Shown piece by piece: positions 47,999 through 58,952 of a stretch of 64,000 bases of DNA. This DNA comes from Basidiobolus meristosporus CBS 931.73. Its lineage: Eukaryota; Fungi; Basidiobolomycota. How positions within the stretch are numbered: the stretch's first letter is position 1; each line of letters begins with the position of its first letter. Location: contig MCFE01000092.1 of NCBI GenBank assembly GCA_002104905.1, forward strand, positions 1 to 64,000. The letters run 5' to 3'. Position numbers and translations under genes: made by a program. Below the pieces are notes generated by a model. The model worked only from the letters and a program-made list of their open reading frames with translations. It made no database searches and was not told where the DNA came from.

Positions 47999-49233
47999 TG
48001 TGGTAATGGAAAGTATTCCATTAATACAATATCTCTAAACCAATATTGCACTCATTTCTTTATTTTGCTTTTTGCTATCACAACACACAAGTGAAAGATC
48101 AAGAATTTCCAACTTTGAAGAACAAATGCTCCAGACCCTGACAAGCAATCCACCCAAGAATATTATGTCATACAGAACACGTAGTAGCCAACACATGTTT
48201 CAAATGACAGCTCATTTGAAGCAGCACTTATGGAGTTATGACCAAAAGAGTCCAATTATTTTATATACTATGCCTTATTGCTAGGATTACTATGGTGACT
48301 TTGATTGTGTGTAACTTCCAAACCAGGCAAACAAATCATGTGATATTCTTACAGGTGCTGCGCCTATGTCTGATCTGTGCCACTGCAAAATTGTAGCTTT
48401 GTATCACATGTATTGCTTGCGCAATTGCCCAAAAGCTTTGATCCTTCAGTATTTTCATATATATGACTTCCCCAGCTGAAAAATAAAGTGTGAGCCTCTC
48501 TTTCCAGAATCTGCACACTATGATTACAAGTTTGATGGTTATAAGACTTCCCCTGCATCACTTGCACTGTTGAGTAATCTGACTTTGATTGGTACTACAT
48601 CAGTAAAGAGACTGCAAAGCTCACAAGAATCCAATATAAGTTCTACAAGAAACTACCACTTTTCTGTTAGAAAAGTCCCCTCTAAGAAACCCCCTTAGAC
48701 ACCCCTTTAGTCTAGAGACCCCTTTAGAGACCCCTTTAAGAAACTCCTTTACTCTAAAGCAGCCCCTTTAGGCACCCCTTTAGTGCAAAGTCCACTTTAG
48801 AGACCACTACAAGAAGCCCCTTTACTCTAAAGACACCCCATTAGACACCCCATTAGACACCCCTTTAGGTCTAAAGACCCCTTTAGAGACTTCTACAACA
48901 CATCCCTTTAGGTTAAAGGGGAGCTCAGAATTTCCATATTAGGAAATATTTTCTCAGAAAGGAAAGTGACTTCCAAATAAGGAAAAGTAACTATAAAGTA
49001 AATAAGCCCATTAGTTGACAGAAGGTCAGAACACTGCTGTAGAAGTGATAAACACTGCCTACAGTATATTTTGAGCCTAACATTGAGGAAATTAGTGAAA
49101 GTTATATCTTCTATTGGTATATCACACTCCCAATAGATTGTTTCAGTATTAGCACACTGGAAGTTGTTGTATATTGCTGATTAGCCTCTGCATTGTAGAA
49201 CAAGCCCCAAACTAATCATAATACAACACAACT
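47999..49233 (-). mobile_element. Solo LTR family G3 (1235 bp), TSD GATG
   Basis: TGTGGTAATGG start. GATG at 47995-47998 and 49234-49237. Highly similar to 51831-53075. Confidence 0.85.
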
Positions 49234-49400
49234 GATGAGCCCAGCAAAATCACAATGTTCAATGCAACAACACCCATGGAAAAAAATGCCAAGGACACTT
49301 AATGGAGCCAAATCAGCGCAGTAATCCATTTACTGGTGAGTGATGCAATATTATAGCTTAAGAGGTGGGGTACTTCTACCAATATCAGTAATGGAGGCTC

Positions 49401-49928
49401 TGTTATGAATAGACACAAAGCAGGAGAGTAGGGCTAGGCAAGGCAGGACCAGGAAAGGACTTAGGTGTGGATCAACAAGGCAAGGCATGTTCCCAAGGCA
49501 AGGCTTCTATTCAAGATCTGTGTTTATCAGACTGAGGAGTACTCAAAGGGGGATAGGACTATCTATCCTTTTTGGCTATACTGATGCCAAGAGATATTGT
49601 CTAATACTAATGGGGTTGTGGGGTGACGCACAGCAATGGTCCTGGGGATAATGACATAGATGACACAGCACTGAAACCAGATGGGGAAATGGGTCGGGTC
49701 ACCTGATCATGTGACTAAGACATGAGACCTAGTATTTCCAGATATGGTACTGAACTATGAAAAATACAATGGGAAGCTTCCATGGAATATTCCATTGTGT
49801 AACAATGGTTTGGAATGGACAGGAACTTTCTGGAAGGTGGTAGTAGGTTCCAGAAGGGATCGCTGAGAAATTGAGCTAGGGAGCTGAAACTTGGCATGGG
49901 TGTTCATGGTTGTCATGTGATGATGACA
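49401..49928. mobile_element. Solo LTR family G4 (528 bp), TSD GGCTC
   Basis: TGTTATG...GATGACA flanked by GGCTC (49396-49400, 49929-49933). Host transposase homology resumes after it. Confidence 0.75.
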
Positions 49929-51026
49929 GGCTCTGAGCATATACTGCTAGTTCATGCTGAATTTATTCCAGGATGCAATTTATCATGTACTTGGTACAAA
50001 TGAAAATCTGTCCTACTGCTGGCAACATATTACCTAGAGATCAACCTGATAACAGCATGTATTAACAGTGGTATGATATTAGCATGAGAAAATGTCACCA
50101 TTGCAGGGTGTCGCACTTGTTAGGAATCCACCACCATTGGAGGAAAATATTGCTCACACTCCAGAAATGTTCCAAATAAAGAAGCTTATGCAGTCCAACA
50201 GATTGTGTGAAGCTATAAAGTGCTGTACCCAGTGTCAATCAATCACAAACATTTCCAATATATCTAATGGCAAACATTATAAACAACTAAGAAGCAAGTG
50301 CTACTCTGAACAAGCGTTTAATCATGCCTTTGCCTTGGCACTTTAGGGATTTTTATTAAATAAGTACTCTACCAGCAAACTCTCCTAACCACTGATTCTC
50401 ATCAACCTTAATATGCGGCCAATCTCATAGTATCCAAGCAGATATCTAAGGGTAGCCTCACTGCAATATGAGTCTTCATTTTTTGTCCGACCATGATAAT
50501 TACCTGTTTCCATTGCTGGATGAATTTTTTATGTTCTCTGGCATGATAATATCATATGGCCATCTTGTCAAAGTGGATATGATCATGTGCATGTGAGATA
50601 CCCCAGCCATTGACAAGAAAGCTGGCTTTTCTGGGCAGAATGGATGGTATTGCTGTCAAATGTGTGAGATCCTGGGTACTTACTCCATAACTCACACACA
50701 TTTTCATTGCTCAAGCACCAGTACTAAGAACATCATCTCCCCCCAGAGAGAACATACAGAAGTCAGCACACAATGTAAGCAAAGTTGGCAAGCTATAAGT
50801 CATTGGCTAGAATATGAATTCAATCAGAAACCAGAGATACCCCTACAAAGAATACTTAGTCACACGGATGGATCCAATCTAGATCAGCCATCAAAATCCC
50901 ATCAGGAGACTGTGATAATACTAGCAGCTTGGAATTAATGACCCATTGCACAATCTTATGACAGGATCATTATGGTGTTTGGCCAATTTTACAGTCAAAT
51001 AAAGTTTAAAACATTATAGTACCTAG

Positions 51027-51092
51027 TGTTGTAAGAGTATTGGAGATATTGGAAGTAACTGGGAGAACAAGTAGATTACGCGGTTTTCACCT
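51027..51092 (-). repeat. Short copia-A LTR terminal fragment
   Basis: TGTTGTAAGAGTATTGGAGATATTGGAAGT...GGTTTTCAC matches the LTR-A end. Confidence 0.8.
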
Positions 51093-51830
51093 GATAATAG
51101 ACTTGTTCTGTTGGAGAGTGCCACATAGCACCAGCCTGTTTATAGTGCTGGATCAATCTGGCACTCTACGGCACTATCTGGCACTATAATTTCTACCATG
51201 ATGCCAGTGGTATGATACAGTTACTGGTAATTTTACTCAATCTTATTTATGTTGCCCAGAATAGTGCTTTACTTGCTTTATTTAATCTTCATAATGCTCC
51301 AGACACATTTCTCTCAGTGGATGTCTTCTTGTATGAGCATACTGTGCATTAATAAGTATCTTAACAATTTTACCTATTCTGCTGTTTTCCCCTATATATG
51401 ACTATCCTCTGTATTTACCTGCCAATATGCTGAATCTCTTCAGATATCCAAATGTGTGCTCTACCCTCACTCTGAAATGATTAAATATCTCATTGTAGAG
51501 CTTCTGCTTCCTGCTAAGCACACCATTCCTTGGCTACCTATAAGCTGTAATACATCCTTAATCTGTGACAATCCTCTCCTGTATAGGCTAAGTCTGCCAT
51601 ACATTTCATCCCCTCTACTGAATTCAGGATGATTCTCTACCCAGAGTGATTTGTCATGCCTACTTCCAGCAAATGGCCCACTAAACCAGATGATGTTACC
51701 CTCAATGTCAGACAGTGCTTGAAACTTCACACAGTGTGCCTTGTACTTGCCAGAATAAAAGTGCCTCTGCCCTCTAGAAGGTCTGTTAATCCTCACTGGG
51801 AAGGTATCCAAAATACTCCTTATATGGAAC

Positions 51831-53075
51831 TGTGGTAATGGGAAGTATTCCATTACTACCAGTATCTCTAAACCAATATTGCACTCATTTCTTTATTTTG
51901 CTTTTTGCTATCACAACACACAAGTGAAAGATCAAGAATTTCCAACTTTGAAGAACAAATGCTCCAGACCCTGACAAGCAATCCACCCAAGAATATTATG
52001 TCATACAGAACACGTAGTAGCCAACACATGTTTCAAATTACAGCTCATTTGAAGCAGTACTTAAGGAGTTATGACCAAAGGAGTCCAATTATTATATATA
52101 CTATGCCTTATTGCTAGGATTACTAGGGTGACTTTGATCACGTGTAACTTTCAGACCAGCCAATCAAGTCATGTGATATTTTTACAGGTGCTGCGCCTAT
52201 GTCCGATCTGTGCCACTGCAAAGTTTTAGCTTTGTATCACATGTATTGCTTGCGCAATTGCCCAAAAACTTTGATCTTTCAAAATTTTCATATATATGAC
52301 TTCCCCAGCTGAAAAATAAAAGAGAGAGCCTCTCTTTCCAGAATCTCCACACTACAATTACAAGTTTAAAGGTTATAAGACTTCCCCTGCATCACTTGCA
52401 CTGTTGAGTATTCTGACTTTGATTGGTACTACATCAGTAAAGAGACTACAAAGCTCACAAGAATCCAATATAAGTTCTACAAGAAACTACCACTTTTCTG
52501 TTGGAAAAGTCCTCTCTAAGAAACCCCTTTACTATAAAAACACCCCTTTAGTCACCCCTTTAGTCTAAAGACCCCTTTAGAGACCCCTTTAAGAAACCCC
52601 TTTACTCTAAAGAAGCCCCTTTAGGCACCCCTTTAGTGTAAAGTCCACATTAAAGACCACTACAAGAAGCCCCTTTACTCTAAAGACACCCTTTTAGGCA
52701 CCCCTTTAAGTCTAAAGACCTCTTTAGAGACTTCTACAACACAACCCTCTAGGTTAAAGGGGAGTTCAGAATTTCCATATTAGGAAATATCGTCTCAGAA
52801 AGGAAAGTGACTTCCAAATAAGGAAAAGTTACTATAAAAGTAAATAAGCCCATTAGTTTACAGAAGGTCAGAACACTGCTGTAGAAGTGATAAACACTGC
52901 CTACAGTATATTTTGAGCCTAACATTGAGGAAATTAGTGAAAGTTATATCTTCTATTGGTATATCAAACTCCCAATAAACTATTTCAGTATTAGCCTACT
53001 GGAAGTTGTTGTATATTGTTGATTAGCCTCTATATTGTAGAACAAGCCCCAAACTAATCATAATACAACACAACA
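51831..53075 (-). mobile_element. Solo LTR family G3 (1245 bp), TSD GAAC
   Basis: TG...CA ends. GAAC at 51827-51830 and 53076-53079. Confidence 0.9.
52524..52730. repeat. Array of ~12 CCCCTTTA units with short spacers inside the G3 LTR (counterpart ~48670-48895)
   Basis: Read directly from the sequence. Several spacers contain CTAAAG, forming CTTTAG-NN-CTAAAG palindromes. Confidence 0.9.
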
Positions 53076-53776
53076 GAACCTGTTGCTGAGCACTCTGGGA
53101 TATGGAAGTCTATTGGAGCTTCTGAACCTAGTATTCCAAGCTTGCTCCAAGTCATTCATACACTCTGCAAGGTGGTTCTCCATTGCTGTCAGCTGGGAAT
53201 GAAAGCTTCTAGGACTTTTGTTGCCATGGATGGTGGGATGAAACCTTGTGGGGCAATAGTTCTTGTAATAGCAGAGAAGCTTAACAAGGGATCTCCTTGA
53301 GTAGATTGGGGTTGATGGTCCACAGTACTTGGAATAGATCTCCTCTAGTGTATCAAAAGGAAATCCAGTGGTAGTGATGGGATTGATGAGAAAAGACCAT
53401 TCAGGTGAGTAATTCATATTAAGAATGGTGGATGATTGTATGGAGGTGGTTTGAATCAATTTGGCGCAATCTGCATTATTTATCAGATTTTTAATGCATT
53501 ATGATTAAATCTCCATCAATTACCATGTATCCCATCATTATGTTACAAATATCATCCGCAAACAATGCCTTGGTACTTTTATTGATGCTTTACTCATAAG
53601 TCTATAATCAAATAGGAAATCTGTGATAGATGTGACCTGATTGGTGTCAACGCAATCCGTGATGCATCATGCATAATACATGGAAAATTCAACAATCATA
53701 TCAGTTTTCATATATATTTCATATAAGACCAGGTTGATGCCAATATACTGTTGTATAAGTATCCAAATTTGTTGCT

Positions 53777-55025
53777 ATGGTCCCCATACCAAGTCTCAAC
53801 TCATCTTTAGTACAACCCAGACAAAAACCATCCCCCAGCTCACAAGCATGGTCCAGACTGGAAAAGCTGATGTCAGATCCGTTTGAGTTCTTGCCAAATG
53901 ATTTTAGTATGGCCCAAGTGTATATGATGAGCCTTCATACAGATATTTGGGCACTACTGATTAATCTAGCAGAACTAGATACCACAGAGAGTCAACAAAG
54001 ATGGAAGAATTTGAGTAGAAAGCTGTGGCATGAGTTCTACATCAAGATGCCAGCCGATGTATGTAAGAAGATATATAACAAGACAAGTATTGGAAATCAA
54101 GAATGAGCTGAGAGTGAGGGGATTTGATGAAGAAGCCGTGCAGGAACAATTTTGCGCGCAATTTGCACAGTACGGGCTGGACGCATCCGTTTGTGCCTCT
54201 ACTTTGGGAACCAAAGAGATCTTGAATGAGTTTTTGCCTCTAATGACTAATGTACTGCGTGATATATTAGTAGAGCTAAGTGGCTTCCAAGAGCAATATA
54301 CACAGGACTCATCCAGGCAACAGCTCCAAAGTATCAGACAGAGGGTAAGTGAACACCTTGAGGAATCAGATGGTGAGCTTCAGGAGGAAGAATACAGACC
54401 ACAAGCAACATTATCCATATTGCACCAGCACACCTTGCAGGATTCCTTACCATCTCTTGCAACCACAGCGTGCCAGCACATGTCAGTCCAGACTACACCA
54501 ACACCCTTTACCTGAGCACCCTACATCAAGCCAATGCACATTGGGTCAATGCGCACGCTTCAGAGCAAAACTACCAGAACTTGCCAAACTGCTCATTTAG
54601 ACACAAGTCCATTGGAGCGGACCAAGTTGTGTCAACATGCAGCATCACATTGAACTCAGCCAAGGGCCATTGCAACGCATCAAGGTGCACCTGCGTGTGC
54701 CGTTTTGCCTGACCATCAGCAAGTTACTTCTGGTGAACTGACTGATGATGACCAACATGAAGTGCCTGAACCACCAGGGCCCTTTGCAAGTAAAAGAATG
54801 CATCAGCACATGGCACTCCAGGCTGGTTCAGTTGGTTCAGTTGGAGCAATTCAGCACAGCCAAGCTGCAGCATTGCACTCATCAACTAGGAGGCAAAATA
54901 CTGATTACAAATACACATGTAGCCAAGATGATAGTCAGCCAGGAAGTAGTATAGGTGTGCAAAGTGAGTCACAACCAAATCCTTTGGTAGTAATCCCTGT
55001 GAGAAAAAAACCCAGGAGAAGATGA
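53777..55025 (+). pseudogene. Divergent partner ORF of the DDE_Tnp_4 element (~400 aa, one frameshift, two stops), C-terminal RKKPRRR
   Basis: ORFs 53777-54106, 54030-54515 and 54705-55025 chain; the last two share a frame. Head-to-head with the transposase across ~360 bp. Confidence 0.6.
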
Positions 55026-55548
55026 TGCAATTGCTTTGAATTGCTATTATTTGTAATGATCCCAACAACCCATTTTTTTTGCAATCTGAATTCAGCCATT
55101 GCAAATCAGTGATGATCAAATTTTTGATATAAGTAATATCAAGGTCGTCTCATATTGAGACAGAACCCCTATAAATAAACACCCTACATATATATACATC
55201 ATCTGTAATACCAGTGCAGCTTTTGGATCTGTTTTGCACCTACCTAATTGCTTGCGTGCTAGCTATGACACCTTGTCCAATCACTAGGATCAAGGATTTA
55301 CTTGCTCAATGGGCAAAATAGGATATTTGATGGCAAATCAGGTAGCTTGCTTAGTAGTCAATGAGCTAATTGGGGGCTGCCAGCTTCAGGATACTTTTGG
55401 ACCATTTAACCACTGAGATACCGTCCAATTGGAGTGATGGTAACCAAAATGGTCAGTATCAGTGTAGTTTATAGTGTGATATACATTTATTTCCATTTAC
55501 ATTAAAGAAACATATCCAAATACCGGATTTTACCTGCCATGATAGCGG

Positions 55549-56619
55549 TGTAGTGGGGTGACAGTGACACCCACTGACAGATGTGCTCATTCCCTTATTT
55601 TCTACTTCCCTATATCTCTACTACACTTATTTTAGTTTTATCCCATTTGTCTTACCCAATCAGTACTATCCCATAAGCCAGTTGACTATCACACCTGCTT
55701 ACCTTATTGCATAAGTTACCCCTCACTTTATGTAAGATTACTAGTTATAAGTACTTCTATATTAGGCAAGTACCTGTGCCAGTACCGTGACACATGATCA
55801 ACCCGTGTCACCATCCCTACCATTTCCATACCATATATGGTATCACCATGTTACACAGGTTTCAGAATACTGATTCCTGATTGGTTGAATGTGCTGTGCC
55901 TCTTAGAACCTTCCAGCACCTACCTAGAACATTCTTAGGTCATTCTGATGTCATTAGGATTTCTATTGATCTCCTGGAACCTTCTGGAACACCATGATTA
56001 GTAATCACTTAGCCAGTGAGAAAAGTATATAAGGGAGGCTATCCCTCTACAATAAATCATCATCCCTTTTATCAATATACCGACTTGTTGATTAGTGTGA
56101 TCACTGCTACCTGCTGCTACCTGAACTTCCAACCCCAGACCACAGGACACTCCCAGGAAACCACGCTGACAGCCAACTGACCTTGGAGGCACTACTTGTG
56201 AGGAATACTCAGAGTAGGTATCTTTTATTATATTTGATTCTTTCCCAAGTTTGTTCTTGTACAGGCAAAGATACTTTTCTGTCTTTGTAACTATTGACCA
56301 CAGCTGCATGCTTATCAAGTCCCTGCTGGTGGAGTTTACAGTTGTTTTGACTTTGGAAGCTTTAGTACATTGTCATCTCAAAGGACGCTGAACCCAGCAC
56401 ATACTTTTGTTAAGACGCCAACTAAGTTTGGGATTGTAGCTCAATAGTTTTCCCTTGACAAGCTTGTGGCTTTATTCCCCTTCACATTAGATTAGAGACA
56501 GAACCCAAGTATTCCTAGCAAGCTTTTGCCAGAGGTTATTGCACCCAGTGAACACCCCACACACAAAACACTTGAGAAGTGTTGGACGTATCTCTCCCTT
56601 GGACTTATACACCACCATA
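55549..56619 (+). mobile_element. Solo LTR family G2 (1071 bp), TSD GCGG
   Basis: Inverted copy of 6922-7992. GCGG at 55545-55548 and 56620-56623; terminal CA mutated to TA. Confidence 0.85.
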
Positions 56620-56859
56620 GCGGTATCCAATTGCGCACATGATGCAAACAATACAAGTTGGTGCAATCATCCGTGCCAACCTCATCGTGTCAGATTGTGC
56701 CATAGTGTGCAAGATTGTCCCACATAGTGCAAAATTGTCGAAAAACAATCCTGCCTTCTGGTAGCTTTAATATTGCGCCCAATTGTTCTTTACAACCACG
56801 GATCACGCCACGCACCCTGGCATGATACAATGGAACAAGCCTAACATACAGAATGTATA

Positions 56860-57960
56860 AGTAGTATGTACATTACTTACATGGTCTTGGCATAACAAGC
56901 ACAAGTAATAGGCTTGGGAAGGTCCCAAGAACATGTATGCAAAATCTAGGGCTGTTTGGACAACTTGGAGAATTTTCATGTCCAAGATACCTGATAATTT
57001 GGTGAAATATTCTAAGTAAATCCCAATCAGGATTTTGGTCTGTATTCTCTAGGTTTTGAAGGTAATACTCTAAGTGACTAATTTAGGTAAATATTTATAT
57101 TGAATTGGTACTTTTTTATACAACACTCCTAGTCAACTAAATGTTCCTACTGACTTGTCCTAATTGTGACCTAAGATATTCAAACCTGTTTCTAGTTATT
57201 GGTCTTGTGAGTATGTCAGTAATCATTTCATCTATAGGACAGTAAACTATATTAAGCATGTTACTCTCTATTGCTTTATATACAAAATGGGGTCTAATAT
57301 CTATGTGCTTAGTTTGAGTATGAAAAGTTGGATTTCTACATAATTGTAAACAACCTTAATTACTTTGAAATGCAGCTATAGACAATTTTTAACATAAGCC
57401 TAAATCTTTAAGAACCTTCCTTAGTCACATTGCTTCTTTTATAGCTTCACAGACTGCCATATACTCTGCCTCTGCGGTAGAAAGTGCTAAAGTTGGTTGC
57501 TTTTTTGAATTCCAAAAATTTGCTCCTTTAGAGTAAAGAAAGGTGTATCCTGTGGTAGATCTTATGTCTTCCAAGTTTTGTCCCCAATTGGCATTGGAGT
57601 ATCCTACAAGATCCTGTTCTGAATCCTTATTGGTGTATCTTGAACAGATATCAGCAGTTCCTTTTAGGTATACAACAATCCACCTAACTGCTGCAATATG
57701 ATCAGATCCATTGTTCTGGTTAGGCTGGCTGACAACTCCCACTGAATATGAGATATCTGGACATGTTCCAAGCATGATGTAAATTGGATTGCTGACCATA
57801 GATTGATAAGGAAATTCAGGGTTTCAGATGGCACCAAGCTCTCTTGCTTTGGTAGAGTTGTGACCCAGTTAAGGCTTGTCTCCATTGGGATGGCTGCCAG
57901 TTTACAGTCTCCCATTTGGTACTTCTTTAGTATATCATGAATATACTGGGACTGGCTTAG
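56860..57960 (-). mobile_element. Decayed copia-A 3' end (RT/RNase H relic and partial 3' LTR ending 57125)
   Basis: GTCPDISYSVGVV, GYSNANWG, STAEAEYMA relics; LTR-A-like sequence 56860-57125. Confidence 0.85.
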
Positions 57961-58952
57961 GTCAATAATTGTTGAAATATTTGACTATTTGGTATCATTC
58001 AGCAGCTAAAAATTCACTTAACAATTCTAGACTATTCTTTGTCACTGTAGTACTTATTTGCAGCCCCAACTTTGCCAGCTTCTTCACATCTATGATCCTA
58101 TGATTTTTCCCCTATAGTGATGATCATATCAACACTTTTTACCAAACATTATATACTAACCACAAAACTGTTACAGAGTGCTCCTGAATGTTGAGAAACC
58201 CTCCTTACTTGGTGTTGCAGCTGCATTACTTCTACAAAGGTATAAATACTGATCCTCTTTATGAGTAAGCAATAGTTTAACTATTATCACTACATATAAA
58301 TAAGTTCCTTATATCCAAATCACTATTAAATTGCAACAGGCTATGAGCCCCAATTGCTTTAACCTACTCTAAGGATGACTTCTACCAGCAAACAGAACAA
58401 TACAAACATCTTCCTTGTAAAGGAGAGGTTTGATGGGAGGAACTACAGACTTTGGAGAATCAAGATGCACATCCACCTTGAGGAAAGAAAGCTTTGGAAT
58501 ACAGTAACAGGAAAAGAGGTTGAGCCCAAAGGAACAGCAGAAGCAGTGGAGGAGTTTCCAGAGAAAGAGATAAAGGCCTTTAATGCTACACATACTAATG
58601 CGTAAGATTCCTTCATTGGATATATCCATGCTTCAAATACTGCCAAAGCAGCATGGGAATGCTTAGAGAAGATCTTTAGAGCAAAATCAGTATCATGCAA
58701 GTTTTATCTAAAACAAAAGTTCTTCAACATGAGGAAGAAGCCAGATGATGACATGCTACAACTCATTACCAGAATGGAGACACTTGCAGAACAACTTGAC
58801 AGTATCAATGCTGGTGTAGATGATGAAGAAAAGATACTCTGTCTACTTTGCAGCCTACCAGATGAGTGTGAGCCGCTCATTCTTTCTTTTGAAAGCAGAG
58901 AAGATAATTTGACTTTGGACTATGTCAAAGGATAACTTCTTCATGAAGAACT

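Larger units (their letters stand above)
47590..50820 (+). pseudogene. CMC-like transposase copy 2, interrupted by solo LTRs G3 and G4
   Basis: KRPCGYC N-terminus at ~47660. Nucleotide similarity to copy 1 resumes after each insertion; KYSTSK...LILINL at ~50370-50410. Confidence 0.7.
51282..53417 (-). pseudogene. DDE_Tnp_4 (PIF/Harbinger-ISL2EU/IS5-like) transposase, ~295 aa, split by a G3 solo LTR
   Basis: Excising 51831-53075 plus one TSD copy restores SNRFHIRSILDTFPVRINRP in frame. YSGKYKAH, GSRHD, ADLAY and RVEHTFGYLKRF motifs, with one frameshift. Confidence 0.85.

Noticed and set aside
48670-48900. CRISPR-like or telomeric appearance of the CCCCTTTA array
   Set aside because: Units are 8 bp with short, non-unique spacers, no cas genes, eukaryotic context, not TTAGGG, and the array is internal to an LTR.
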